Assembly: GCA_963666345.1 (NCBI GenBank) | Contig: OY762721.1 | Span: forward strand, 224,001 to 288,000 | Length of the DNA: 64,000 nucleotides | Source: Desulfatiglandales bacterium | GTDB taxonomy: Bacteria > Desulfobacterota > DSM-4660 > Desulfatiglandales > Desulfatiglandaceae | Reading direction: 5' to 3' | Shown here: positions 19,581 through 30,615 of the stretch, in pieces | Layout of the letters: every line of letters begins with the position of its first letter | Numbering within the stretch: the stretch's first letter is position 1 | The notes under the pieces: generated by a model | Seen by the model: the letters and a program-made list of their open reading frames with translations, nothing else | What the model was told of the DNA's origin: nothing | Databases searched by the model: none | Translations under genes and position numbers: made by a program

Positions 19581-20722
19581 GACTCAAAGATCTCTTTCGG
19601 ATCCGTAATATTCTTCATCACCTCCACCGGCTGTCCGTCATCGACCATCCGGTGGCCTACCGCGATAACCCGCTCCCCAGGCTCAAGCCCTGACTCTATC
19701 ATGACCTGCCACCCGAAAAGCACGCCTATCTTGACCAATCTCTTTTTCGCCACCCCCTCCTCTTCGATAAAGACGAACTGCTCCTCATCATGAGTTATCA
19801 CGGCATAGAGAGGCACGCTCAGCGCCTTTTCATAAACCGACTTTATCAGAAATACCCTTGCGAACATTCCGGGCAGTATCCTGCCTTCCGGATTTGCTAC
19901 CTCAAGCTCAAGGTCATAGAGCCTTGAAAGACTTCGCGGCTGGCTTGAAAGGAACACCTTTTTACCTGTAACCCTCTTTCTGTCGAGCGCGTCTATTATC
20001 ACCTCCGCCTGATTCAGATCCAACACGGCGGCCACATCGCTTTCAGGCACCCCTGCCGTCACCTTGACTTTGTCAAACATTAGTATATGCGCCACCTCCT
20101 GGCCTTTATCCAGAAAGTCGCCCAGCTTGGCGGGGATCTCATTTACCCTGCCGCTTATAGGAGAGGTAATCCTGGTTCTTTCAAGCGCAAGCTGTGCCTC
20201 TTTTCTCTGCGCGACAAGATCCTTGAGTCTCGCCTCTACCTCATCCAGTCTGCTGGCTGATGTTATTTTCTGACTTGTAAGTTTTTCCATACGCTTATAT
20301 TCAAGCCTGGCCAGGTCGTAATTGGCCTCTATCCTGTTAAGCCTTGCGATATAGTCCCGATCGTCGAGTCTTATGAGCACCCGTCCTTTTTTTACCCTTA
20401 TCCCCTCATCGGCCAGTATATGGGTGACCTGGCCCGGCACCTCAGCCTTTACCCACAAATCATCCCAGGGTTCAATTACGGCCGGCAACTCGATTCTGTC
20501 CTTCACCGTCTTCTCTTTAAGGGTCAGGGTGATAACCCTTACAGGCGGGATCTCCTTTTTCATGGCCGCGGCCTTCTCTTTTTCAATCCGCGCCTTTTCA
20601 TGATTAATCCGTCCTCCCATGGATACCACAAAGCCTACCACGGCAAGAACCATAAGCCACGGGACAATACCCCAGACAAACCTCAAGATCCTGGTTTTTA
20701 TCTTCTTTTCATTGTCTGCCAT
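19577..20722 (-). CDS. RND periplasmic adaptor (membrane fusion protein)
   Basis: N-terminal TM, ITSPISG, LPGMF, SGLEPGERV; overlaps the permease start. Confidence 0.92.
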   Translation of the reverse strand: MADNEKKIKTRILRFVWGIVPWLMVLAVVGFVVSMGGRINHEKARIEKEKAAAMKKEIPPVRVITLTLKEKTVKDRIELPAVIEPWDDLWVKAEVPGQVTHILADEGIRVKKGRVLIRLDDRDYIARLNRIEANYDLARLEYKRMEKLTSQKITSASRLDEVEARLKDLVAQRKEAQLALERTRITSPISGRVNEIPAKLGDFLDKGQEVAHILMFDKVKVTAGVPESDVAAVLDLNQAEVIIDALDRKRVTGKKVFLSSQPRSLSRLYDLELEVANPEGRILPGMFARVFLIKSVYEKALSVPLYAVITHDEEQFVFIEEEGVAKKRLVKIGVLFGWQVMIESGLEPGERVIAVGHRMVDDGQPVEVMKNITDPKEIFES

Positions 20723-21053
20723 CTATTTTGACTCCTGAAAAAGGGCACCTAACATCTTAATACGGAAAACAGGGGATGGTTACGGATGAGTAGACCTGAG
20801 AAATACCAGATTTCCTAAAAGATGTAAAACACAAAAAAAACAACCGTTTAACATCATTTGGAAAAGGCATTTCAATGAAAATCCCCTGGGCCCCAGGCTG
20901 CATAATATCTGTTCCGTTAGGGATCCCAATAATATAGGTTCGATTGTTTCCTTCTTGTATATAGGAACAGACATGTGTCGGGTCACAGGAAGGTGGGATT
21001 TTTCTGTTTATAACGGCTAAACCAGCGTCCGCTGAAGGCGTTTTTCACGGTCT

Positions 21054-21838
21054 CTATTTTTTGATACCTATTATGAATTCCCCTTCCGTAACCCCTTTTT
21101 TGATCGGATGCTGATCCTGCCTGGAGGCATTTGGAACCGTCTTGGAAAGATACCCGAATATCTCCTCAACGGTTATGAGGCCGTCTTTATCATAATCCGC
21201 CCTGCCCCTGAGCCCTTCTATGAGGTAATATGTAAAAACGCCATGTTTCAGTTTGTCATCCTCTTTACTGACCTCATTAGCCGAACAGGAGGCTATGCTG
21301 ACGCGCGCCTTTCCTCTGGTGATCCTCTCATAGAAACTGTCTGAAAGACTTGCTCGGGTCTTGCTGGAAAGGATTGTCCTTCCCCCACTCGCCCCGCTGT
21401 AACAGGTATCCGCTATAAATATGAGACGCTCGACACGGATGCGCTGAAAGATCTTTTTGATCTCATCCATGGATATCACTGTTGTGTAAAGGTCATTCAG
21501 GTCCGCCTCATGGGCAAGAGGGTATTTCTCGAATCCATCACCGTCCATATTTGTGGGATCCGTTTCCACCTCGCCGTGACCGGCAAAAAATATAAAGACC
21601 GCATCCTCTGCGGCTGTCTTTCGCTTTATCCGGGTGCCGAGAAGGCTTTGAATGCTGTCTTTGGTCTCTTCATGATCAGACAGAAAAAAATATCCTTACC
21701 CGATAAGGCCAGATTGTATTTAAGATATCCCCTGAATTCATTTGCGTCATTGAGGGCGTATTTGAGATCCCGCGCATTTCTGTAATCATTTATTCCGATG
21801 ACCGCGGCGATTATCTTTCCCCTCTGGATCGTGCGGTT
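21054..21838 (-). pseudogene. Caspase/peptidase C14 family gene remnant, 5'-truncated and frameshifted
   Basis: AVIGINDY...LKYALNDA in one frame; FAGHG and ADTCYSG...HGVFTYYL in another. Shift falls in the A7 run at 21684-21690; no start codon. Confidence 0.8.
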
Positions 21839-22448
21839 AATTCACTTGCTATTTGCTTAGGATATGTTTTCCCTGCTTCTAGAATTGATTTGTCGGTTTT
21901 TGGGGAAAAAGACTGCTTTTCTAATTCTTTCAGCAATTCACCTATACGAATTTCCATTTGTTCCATGGGACCCTTTGCTAGATAGTTCCCATCTAGAAAT
22001 GATCCATTTCTGGATGTTGCCTTCAGCTGTCAGCTATCAGCAAGTAGCCAATAAATTGATATCTCAAGTGTTTTACTGACTGCTGAGAGCTGATTGCTGA
22101 TAGCGTGAGTCCATATATCTTGATTTATGGATGAGCGCCAGATAGTGATCAGCGCCTGTTTCTTCTATTTCATCACGTTGCTCAATAATAATGCCTGAGA
22201 CAGCAACAATTGGAAAAGGATCGTTTGGAAATTTATCTCGGATAAATTCCATCACTTTCCGACCATCTATTTTGGGCATAATTAAATCTACAAAAAGAAT
22301 ATCGACAGGATCTATCGCATCCAGTTTAGGTATGCATTCCTTGCCATCATAGGCTTTAAGGACATCATTATGTCTCTTTTCAAGTATCTCAGAAAGAAAT
22401 TCCACAAAGAAAAAAATCGTTGCCTACAACCAAGGCTCTCTTAACCAT
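21838..22448 (-). pseudogene. Response regulator-domain gene remnant
   Basis: MVKRALVV..., +1 frameshift in a T7 run near 22410, FVDLIMPKIDG, 160-bp insertion, then YLAKGPMEQME...IASEL and an abrupt junction with the caspase remnant. Confidence 0.75.
21980..22146. mobile_element. MITE/REP-like 153-bp insertion with 7-bp direct repeat
   Basis: AGATAGT at 21980-21986 and 22140-22146; imperfect terminal inverted repeats; internal TCAGC/GCTGA heptamer-type inverted repeats. Removing it restores the reading frame. Confidence 0.65.
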
Positions 22449-22462
22449 TTCCCGCCCATTTA

Positions 22463-23467
22463 CTAAAAAGTGAACTTTTTCTCTCTGAATAACTTCAAAC
22501 AGGCATCCGCTACATCAGGATCATAAAAAACCCCCTTATTCTTTGAAATCTCATCCAAGGCCTTGTCAATCCCTATGGCCGCTCTGTAAGGTCGATGAAA
22601 GGCCATGGCCTCTATAACATCGGCTACGGCTATAATCCTTGCTTCAAGTATGATGTCATTTTCTGAAAGGCCCTGAGGATAGCCTGACCCGTTCATTCTC
22701 TCATGATGCTGGTGCACGGCGTCAGCGATTGGCCAGGGGAATTCAATCTCTTTTAGGATATCGTAACCGACCTGGGGATGAATTTTTATAAGGCCGAATT
22801 CAATATCGGTGAGACGGGTGGGCTTGCTGAGTATCTCCGCTGGAACCGATATCTTGCCCAGATCATGGATTAGACCGGCAAAACGAATTCCCTGTATCCG
22901 ATCTCCTGAAAGCCCCATCTCCTCTGCAATTGCTCCGGAAAGGACACCCACCCGCTCCTGATGGCCGGATGTATAGGGATCCCTTGACTCTACTGTCAGG
23001 CTCATTGCCCTAATAATCCCTTCCATGGCCTTTCTCAAACTGGCAGTACGCTCTTCCACCAACACTTCCAGGTCCCGGCTGTAACTCCTGGTGACCACTT
23101 CAAGATCCCGACGCTTCAGGGCATTATGGATATTGATAACCACCTCATTAACATCAAGAGGCTTGATGAGGTAACCATAGACGCCGGCGCTTATAGCCCC
23201 GTCTGCAACCTTGGGATCATCCACACCCGTAACCATAATGACCGCCGTATTCTCATACTTCGACTCGATATATCGTGCCAGTTCAATGCCGGACTCCCCG
23301 GGCATGTTTACATCGCAAAGGACCAAATCAATGCTTTGCCTTGCAAGATATTTTCGGGCTTCTGCGGCATCTGCGGAAAGGCTACAAGCGAATCCGTTCC
23401 TTTCAAGGATCCGGTTCAGCATTCGCCGGATCTGTTCTTCATCGTCCACTATCAGAATATGGGCCAT
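22463..23467 (-). CDS. REC plus HD-GYP response regulator (putative cyclic di-GMP phosphodiesterase)
   Basis: ILIVDDE...CDVNMP...KP receiver; RDPYTSGH, HDLGK, HHERMNGSGYP, HRPY. Confidence 0.92.
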   Translation of the reverse strand: MAHILIVDDEEQIRRMLNRILERNGFACSLSADAAEARKYLARQSIDLVLCDVNMPGESGIELARYIESKYENTAVIMVTGVDDPKVADGAISAGVYGYLIKPLDVNEVVINIHNALKRRDLEVVTRSYSRDLEVLVEERTASLRKAMEGIIRAMSLTVESRDPYTSGHQERVGVLSGAIAEEMGLSGDRIQGIRFAGLIHDLGKISVPAEILSKPTRLTDIEFGLIKIHPQVGYDILKEIEFPWPIADAVHQHHERMNGSGYPQGLSENDIILEARIIAVADVIEAMAFHRPYRAAIGIDKALDEISKNKGVFYDPDVADACLKLFREKKFTF

Positions 23468-23542
23468 TTCCGAGTTTCCTCTTTCCGATATACATACTCA
23501 ATTGCCGATCCAGCGGTTGCGGACAGGTCTTTCACCTTCAGC

Positions 23543-26500
23543 CTATCTGTTGAGTGCCTCACTCACCTTGCGGCACAAAGAATCAGGCGTGAAGGGCTTG
23601 TTAACGAGATCTATAGGCGATTTGAGGATTTCGTTATGGGAAAGGGAACCATCCGGGTAGCCTGACATGTAAAGCACCTTGGTCTGCGGACGAAGTGAGG
23701 CCATTCTTTCCGCCAGTTCCTTACCCCCCATGCCCGGCATCACTACATCGGTAAGCAGTAGATGGATCTCCCCTTCGAATCCCTCACTCACCTGGAGTGC
23801 CTCTTCACCGGCTCCGGCCTCAAGGACTTGGTATCCCGCCCTTTGAAGGGACCTGACGGCCAACCTCCGAAGGGATACTTCGTCTTCCACCACCAGCACA
23901 ACTTCGCCGCCGGCTGCTGCCTTCTCAGATGCCTTTTTTTTCTTCACCTTCGCCTGAACGCCCTTTGCCCTGGGAAGATAGACCTTCATCGCCGTCCCCA
24001 TCCCTGGTTCGCTGTATGCCCAGATATATCCTCCGCTCTGCTTCACTATTCCATATACCGTGGAAAGCCCCAGCCCTGTTCCTGTACCCCTTTCCTTAGT
24101 TGTAAAAAACGGCTCGAATATCCTGGCCTTGGTTTCCTCATCCATACCGAGTCCCGTGTCCGTTACCGACAGCATCACGTAAGGCCCCCTAGATCCCTCT
24201 ATCCCGTGGTATTGAACATATCTCCCGTCAAGCTCCACATTGGCAGTCTCAATTGTCAGCTTTCCACCATCTAGCATGACGTCCCTGGCATTTACCACTA
24301 GGTTCATGATCACCTGTTCCATCTGCCCTGGGTCCGCCTCCACCTCCCACAGGTCCGACGCCAAGGTGGTCCGCATATCGATATTCTCTCTGATCAAACG
24401 CCTTAAGAGCTTATCCAGATCCAGAATGAGTTTATTGAGGTCCAGGATCTCGATATGGCGCGTTTCCCTGCGGCTGAATGCCAGGAGCTGCCGGGTCAGA
24501 CGCGCACCCCTCTGCCCGGCCTTCTCAATCTCTTCAACATCCTCCCTAGTGGGATCGTCCTTGGGCAGAGTATCCAAGGCGAACTGGGCGTTCCCGATAA
24601 TCGCTGTGAGCAGGTTATTAAAGTCATGGGCCACCCCGCCCGCCAGTATTCCTATGGCCTCTATCCTCTGTGCATGATGGAACTGGGCCTCCAGTTGCTT
24701 TTTTATCTTTTGCTCCTTTACCGCCTTTAATCTCGAATCAAGAACAGGTGCTATGTTATCAGCAATATCTTCCAAAAGTTTTATGTCTCTTTTATCATAA
24801 TCCGTCTCTTTGTTACCGACAACCAAATTGCCGATTAATACCCCTTTATAGATGATAGGAACATCCAGAGCGCGGGTGATCTGGATATGCCCCTCAGGAA
24901 TGGTTAAGGTGTTATTGGAACAGATTGTTTTTTTCTCGGCCATGGCCCGGCCCCAGATGCCGCCCCATTTCTCCTGCGGAAACACAATATCCTTTTCTTT
25001 AATCTGGCACCTGTCCCAGACATCTCTGGTCATGGAGGGACAGACCAATTCGCTATTCTCGTTTATATAACCGAAGATTCCATATCGGCTATGCATGGTC
25101 TCCAAAATGACATTGAGGACCTCTCCATACATCTCCTTATCGGGAATGGTGAGGAAGATTTGGTTGATTCGGTTCCGGATGGACAATTCGAGTTCTGACC
25201 ACCTCAGCGCCTGTTCCGCTATCTTCCGCCCGGTGATGTCTTCAACTATACCCCTGAAATGAGTGATGTGTCCGTCATCATCCCGGACCATAAAAGTCCA
25301 GTCATCGACGATTTTTTCAGAACCGTCCCTTGCAATGATGCGATACGGTTCGTGGACAAAATCGAGCGTTTCCGCCTTGCCGCTAAATGCCTCTACCTCT
25401 GCATTCACTCTTTCAAGGTCTTCAGGATGGATACGCTCTTTATAGGTCAGTTTCCCCTTAATGAATTCTTCAGCCGTATACCCAAAGAGCTTCGCGACAT
25501 TTTCAGAAACAAACTCAACCGGCCATCCTTCCTCATTCTTCCAGGTAAAGGCCACGGATGAGCTTTTGTTGATGGTATCATAGGCCTCCCTTAATGCCTT
25601 CTCCGCCTCCTTGCGCTCGGTGATATCATCGTACACGGCCACGACCTCTCCTGAAGGCAATTTGTAAATATGATTTTCGCGCCAGCCCTTGATCCGGTTG
25701 TCGTGATAGAAAGTTATTGGAAACTCTTCAGGCACGCCAGTCTTCCACACCCTTTGAAAAACATTTAGCAGGCCGAAATCCCTGACACCGGGAAACACCT
25801 CGGAGACCCGCCGCCCGATCACATCCTCCCGGCGAATTTTTTCCATCCTTTCTCCCGCCGTGTTGAAGTCCCTGAATATGAAATCTCTGCCACCGTCCAC
25901 AGCCTCGTACACAGCCACGGCGCTGTTTATATTGTTAAACAACTCTTTGAATCGAATTTCGTTTATCTTGATCTTTTTATGCGATTGCTTCAGCTCAGTG
26001 ATATCTCTGCCAATACCCAGTATATCCAATTCGTTTCCATCCTGCATCCGGAGCGTTGCCGTAAATTGAGCTACAATATGCCCGCCTGATTTGGAAAGAA
26101 TGCGCAATTCAAAGATCGGCGGCGTTTTACCCTGCAAGACACCCTGAAATGCCTGCATCGCCAGATGCAAGTCCTCGGGATGGATGATGTCCGTAAAGGC
26201 TCTACCAAGCCACTTAGCCCTCGACCAGCCGGTGACCGTTTCGAATGCCTTGTTAAGTGATGAGAAGGTCCCATCTGTTGCAAGAATAAAGACAACATCC
26301 GGGCTGCTTTCAAACAGGGCACGATAGAGTTCTTCCGACTTATGCAGTGTCTCTTCGGCCAATCTGCGTTCGGTGATATCCTGCACTGTGCCCATCATTA
26401 AGGCCGGCATTCCGTCATCATCATAGATGCTTTGGGTTCTTTCATGCAAATATTTGACCGTCCCGTCCTTGAGCAATACACGATATTCGATATCGGATTT

Positions 26501-27229
26501 GCTCTTTTTCGCCAGTGACTCCCTGTGGGACGTTGCAACATAATCCCTGTCGTCCGGATGCACAGCCTCCAGAAACGCCTCGTAAGAGGGATCAAAACCA
26601 TGCGGCTTTAATCCCAAAATACGGTACAGTTCATCAGACCATTCCAGGGACTTGCTTTTAAGGTCGAGTTCCCAGTGACCCAGATAGGCCAGTTCCTGGG
26701 CCTCTTTAAGCCTCTTTTCCGATTTAATCAGCGCCTTCTTTTCAGTTAAGAGTTCTTCCACGGTTTCCGCCAGCTTGCGGGCAATGCTATTATCATACAT
26801 CTCCAGAAGCAGATCTTCACTCCTGAGAGGCTCCTCAGGAACCGGCAGGGTTCCCCGCTGGTGTTCCTTAAGCACTTCATCAAGGATCTGTATGAATCGC
26901 TCCCCCTCCGTGGGTTTTATGATAAAACGGGAGGCTCCCAGACTCATGGCCAGTCTCTCGTCGTCCTTTTCGACGAAGGTGGCAGTATAAAAGATAAAGG
27001 GAATAGCCCTCAGTTCAGCGTCTCCCTTTATTTCGCGACAGAGTCTGAAACCATTCATTACCGGCATCATTATATCGGAAATGATGACCTCGGGCTGGTC
27101 CTCACGGGCAAGCCGCAGTGCCTCCTCCCCGTTTTCAGCAGCCATAATCTTATGACCGCTTGATTCCAGCAATTGTTTCAGCAGGTAACGGCTCTCGGCA
27201 TTGTCTTCAACGATAAGAATTTTGCTCAT
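23543..27229 (-). CDS. Hybrid sensor kinase REC-PAS(x4)-GAF-HisKA-HATPase-REC
   Basis: Repeated DITE PAS-PAC ends, AHDFNNLL, NLVVNA, FEPFFTTK, GTGLGL; receivers at both ends. Confidence 0.93.
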   Translation of the reverse strand: MSKILIVEDNAESRYLLKQLLESSGHKIMAAENGEEALRLAREDQPEVIISDIMMPVMNGFRLCREIKGDAELRAIPFIFYTATFVEKDDERLAMSLGASRFIIKPTEGERFIQILDEVLKEHQRGTLPVPEEPLRSEDLLLEMYDNSIARKLAETVEELLTEKKALIKSEKRLKEAQELAYLGHWELDLKSKSLEWSDELYRILGLKPHGFDPSYEAFLEAVHPDDRDYVATSHRESLAKKSKSDIEYRVLLKDGTVKYLHERTQSIYDDDGMPALMMGTVQDITERRLAEETLHKSEELYRALFESSPDVVFILATDGTFSSLNKAFETVTGWSRAKWLGRAFTDIIHPEDLHLAMQAFQGVLQGKTPPIFELRILSKSGGHIVAQFTATLRMQDGNELDILGIGRDITELKQSHKKIKINEIRFKELFNNINSAVAVYEAVDGGRDFIFRDFNTAGERMEKIRREDVIGRRVSEVFPGVRDFGLLNVFQRVWKTGVPEEFPITFYHDNRIKGWRENHIYKLPSGEVVAVYDDITERKEAEKALREAYDTINKSSSVAFTWKNEEGWPVEFVSENVAKLFGYTAEEFIKGKLTYKERIHPEDLERVNAEVEAFSGKAETLDFVHEPYRIIARDGSEKIVDDWTFMVRDDDGHITHFRGIVEDITGRKIAEQALRWSELELSIRNRINQIFLTIPDKEMYGEVLNVILETMHSRYGIFGYINENSELVCPSMTRDVWDRCQIKEKDIVFPQEKWGGIWGRAMAEKKTICSNNTLTIPEGHIQITRALDVPIIYKGVLIGNLVVGNKETDYDKRDIKLLEDIADNIAPVLDSRLKAVKEQKIKKQLEAQFHHAQRIEAIGILAGGVAHDFNNLLTAIIGNAQFALDTLPKDDPTREDVEEIEKAGQRGARLTRQLLAFSRRETRHIEILDLNKLILDLDKLLRRLIRENIDMRTTLASDLWEVEADPGQMEQVIMNLVVNARDVMLDGGKLTIETANVELDGRYVQYHGIEGSRGPYVMLSVTDTGLGMDEETKARIFEPFFTTKERGTGTGLGLSTVYGIVKQSGGYIWAYSEPGMGTAMKVYLPRAKGVQAKVKKKKASEKAAAGGEVVLVVEDEVSLRRLAVRSLQRAGYQVLEAGAGEEALQVSEGFEGEIHLLLTDVVMPGMGGKELAERMASLRPQTKVLYMSGYPDGSLSHNEILKSPIDLVNKPFTPDSLCRKVSEALNR

Positions 27230-27618
27230 ACAACGCCTCCTCTCTCCTGTCCGGGCAGAAAACTTTTTACCTGTGCGACAAAGCTGTCAGGATCTATGGG
27301 CTTTTCAATGTATCCTTCACAGCCCGCGGCCAAAATAGCTTCCCGGTCCCCAGCCATTGCATAAGAGGTAACCGATACGATTGGAATGGATCTGGTTTCC
27401 ACATCCTGCTTCAGCCGCCCAGCCACTTCATACCCGTTCATCACCGGCAACTGGATATCGAGAAGGATCAAGTCCGGTTTTTGGGATACGGCGAGCTCCA
27501 GTCCCTGCAGCCCGGTCCGGGCCTGGACTACATCGAAACCCTGTTTTTCCAGTAAAAACGTCGTCAGATAAAGGTTCTGCTCATTATCCTCAATGATCAG
27601 GATTTTCTTTTTCGTCAT
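27226..27618 (-). CDS. Single-domain response regulator (DivK-like)
   Basis: IEDN, LLDIQLP, TSYAM, GYIEKP. Confidence 0.9.
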   Translation of the reverse strand: MTKKKILIIEDNEQNLYLTTFLLEKQGFDVVQARTGLQGLELAVSQKPDLILLDIQLPVMNGYEVAGRLKQDVETRSIPIVSVTSYAMAGDREAILAAGCEGYIEKPIDPDSFVAQVKSFLPGQERGGVV

Positions 27619-29734
27619 CTTTTCCCTCCCGGTTCAACGGCAATATGACGGTAAAGGTACTGCCTTTACCAAATTGACTTTTCACTCGAATATGGCCGCC
27701 CATTATTTCAAGGATCCTTTTGCAGATGGATAGCCCAAGGCCTGTTCCTTCATATTTCCGGGAAATCCCGGTATCAAGTTGCTTAAACGGTTTGAAAAGC
27801 CTGTCAATCTCCTCATTTTTGATGCCGATTCCGCTGTCTTCGATCTCAACTTCTATGCTGGAATCGCATCTGCGGCAGCTAATCTTCACCCCTCCTTCTT
27901 CGGTAAACTTGATGGCATTATTGGCCAAGTTGATCAGCACCTGCCGAATGCGGCGTTCATCACCGTAGATAACTTCGACCTCCGGTGCGATCTCCACGGT
28001 CATATTCAGCTCCTTCTTTTCCACGAACGGGATAAGCGATTCAGCAACCTGGTTAACGGCATTTCGCATACTGAATTTCTCAGAGGAAATCTCCAGTTCT
28101 CCCGCCTCAATCTTTGAAATGTCCAGCACGTCATTGATCAGATTCAGCAGGTGCCTGGAACTGCCTCGAACCATCTTCAACTGTTTTTTCTGCTCCAAAT
28201 TTAAAGGTCCTGCAAGCTCACTGATAATGATACCGGTAAAACCGATAATGGAGTTGAGAGGCGTACGCAGTTCATGCGACATACTGGCGAGAAAGGCGCT
28301 TTTTACCCGATTGGCGGATTCGGCCTGATCCTTGGCAATTACCAGCTCTGCGGTGCGCTCCGCAACGCGTTGCTCCAGCACCTCCGCATTCCGACGCAAT
28401 TCATCATTAAGCTTACGAATCTGCTCTTCAGATAGTATGCGATCGGTTATGTCGGAACCGATGCTTAAGATCTCTTTTATTTGGCCCTGCTCATCGAGCA
28501 TCACCTTGTTTGTCCAGTCGATCCAGACCCGTTCTCCATTTCGGCGCACATTCTGATTTATATTACGCTCGTACTTTTGGGGGTTAGCTAAAATCTCTTC
28601 CATTAGCAAATGTAAATCCCTGCCTGTACTCTCTTTATCCGGAACTATGGTCCCAACCACATTTCTGTCAAGAATCTCTTCCTCAGTATAGCCGAAAAAC
28701 TTCTGACCGAATTCATTCAGGAAAATGATTTGCCCGTCGCGCGACCAACGCATGATGATACTGTTGGCCAGCATCACCAGTTCACGGTATTTTTGTTCAC
28801 TTGCATGCAGGAAAAGGTTCGTCTTCTGAAGATCCCGAGTACGCATATTCACCTGCCGCTTCAAAACCATGCTTCCCAACAGGCTCATAAGCAATACGAC
28901 AACAAGGACAAGACCCGTGGCCTTAACCCAATTCGGCAACTTGAATGGGACCTTCTCGGAGATCCATCGTTTCAGGGACTGGTAGTATATCGACTCTGTG
29001 TCTCTTTTCAGCTTTATAAGGTTAATGTCAATAGCGTCTAATAGTTTTTTATTAACACCTTTGGGCGCGGCGAAAAAAAGGTCGGAAGGATGAAAAATCA
29101 CGGCCGTATCTTCAAGGCCGAGTTTTTTCGCGTGCATCGTTCCATAGAAACGATTAGTGATAGCAGCGTCGGCCCCACCCCTGGCAACGATGTCAAAAAT
29201 GGCTTGGTAATCCGGCAGGGGAATGATGGTGGTACTTAATCCAAAGCCGGCAGAGAGTCGGACAAACGCATCGTGCTGAACTGAACGCTCCAGTACGGCA
29301 ATTCGTTTTCCGCCAAGATCCAATATAGATCTGATCCCGCTTCCTTTACGAGCATACACCTGAAACCAGGAGGACAATACCGGCACTTTGTGAAAGTCAA
29401 ATATCTTTTCACGATCCCCTGTATAGGCCACATCGGGCATAAGATCAATTTGCCCTTTTTCCAGCCGGTCCAATCCTTCACCCCAAGTGCCTAAAAGATA
29501 TCGCAGACGCCAACCTTCCTTTTCTGCAATGTATTCGATGATATCAATAAAAATGCCTGCTGGTTTACCGGATTCGGAGATAAAAACCTTTGGTGCATTT
29601 TCATAGACGCCAATTGTCAGAATCAAATCACCGGATCTTGCAGGTAGGGTCCTGGGATATAATAAAGCCAATAAGACAATGAAAAGGCTTAAAAATAAGA
29701 GCTTGTGACAAGCTTTGTCCCTATTAATTGGCAT
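27590..29734 (-). CDS. Membrane sensor histidine kinase with periplasmic solute-binding domain and PAS
   Basis: Signal/TM segment, SBP family-3-like domain, TM, PAS, SHELRTPLN, NAIKFT, GTGLGL. Confidence 0.92.
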   Translation of the reverse strand: MPINRDKACHKLLFLSLFIVLLALLYPRTLPARSGDLILTIGVYENAPKVFISESGKPAGIFIDIIEYIAEKEGWRLRYLLGTWGEGLDRLEKGQIDLMPDVAYTGDREKIFDFHKVPVLSSWFQVYARKGSGIRSILDLGGKRIAVLERSVQHDAFVRLSAGFGLSTTIIPLPDYQAIFDIVARGGADAAITNRFYGTMHAKKLGLEDTAVIFHPSDLFFAAPKGVNKKLLDAIDINLIKLKRDTESIYYQSLKRWISEKVPFKLPNWVKATGLVLVVVLLMSLLGSMVLKRQVNMRTRDLQKTNLFLHASEQKYRELVMLANSIIMRWSRDGQIIFLNEFGQKFFGYTEEEILDRNVVGTIVPDKESTGRDLHLLMEEILANPQKYERNINQNVRRNGERVWIDWTNKVMLDEQGQIKEILSIGSDITDRILSEEQIRKLNDELRRNAEVLEQRVAERTAELVIAKDQAESANRVKSAFLASMSHELRTPLNSIIGFTGIIISELAGPLNLEQKKQLKMVRGSSRHLLNLINDVLDISKIEAGELEISSEKFSMRNAVNQVAESLIPFVEKKELNMTVEIAPEVEVIYGDERRIRQVLINLANNAIKFTEEGGVKISCRRCDSSIEVEIEDSGIGIKNEEIDRLFKPFKQLDTGISRKYEGTGLGLSICKRILEIMGGHIRVKSQFGKGSTFTVILPLNREGKDDEKENPDH

Positions 29735-30312
29735 CGTCCCGTTCCTTTTGTATGAAAGCCCTGTAACTTTTCGATTTTAAATAATGTATTAAATTACCTT
29801 TTCGGTCGTAGTGAAGTAGGGACGAGATTCGCTCTCGTCAATCAGCTCCTCTCTAAAAAACCTGTAGTTTCTGACAAAGACGATTATCAATTCCTGGGGT
29901 TAAAATTGCAGCTTTACTTGATGTGTTAATCTTGATTCTTCAAGTCTTTACAATAGAAATGGTATCTGCAGGTAGTAATATATCCAAATGGTTGTTAGAC
30001 CTACACAGGGGCTTGTATATCTGAACCAACAAAGAAAAGTATGATTTTTATTAGCCAGTTTATCAGCTTGATGAAAAAAAACAATATTTTTGAGTGAGTT
30101 GCGCACCTATTCAGGTTGAGGGAGCTTATCGATACACCAATATTTCAACTGAAAAATTTTGTATATCTGACTAGGCGCTGTCTTTTTTATTAGCCAAAAG
30201 GGACATGTTTTGTCTTGGGATGTCAGGTAGCCAGTGGTGTGATATTTGCTATATATGCCAGCATTAGAGAAGGTTATGATTTTATGATCCGTATCAGGAT
30301 CGAAGGAAATTC

Positions 30313-30591
30313 ATGAAGACCCTTTGCAAGGCGGCAAAGGTTCCCTACTTCAGGTTTCATCCCCTGAGACATTCCGGGGCTTCGGTCTTGGACAATAACA
30401 ATATCCCTATTGGATCGATTCAGAAAATCCTTGGTCATGAAAATCGTAAGACAACCGAGATCTATCTTCACACCATCGGAGATTCAGAAAGGAAGGCAAT
30501 GGAGATTTTTGGTCAGGTTTCCAAAAAGTCTCACACAGATTCTCACACAAAAACAAAGAAGGATTTAAACGAATTTGTTATTACCGCTTAA
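30313..30591 (+). pseudogene. Tyrosine recombinase/integrase C-terminal fragment
   Basis: FHPLRH, ILGH, TTEIY catalytic boxes only; no N-terminal domain; ends 24 bp from the tRNA 3' end. Confidence 0.85.
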
Positions 30592-30615
30592 ATCCTTGAT
30601 TTACTTTAATTTTAC

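Noticed and set aside
20740..21050. attC-like fragments (ACCTAAC, GTTAGGG) and a possible island boundary
   Set aside because: No complete paired attC structure, no integron integrase and no tRNA-derived att copy found.
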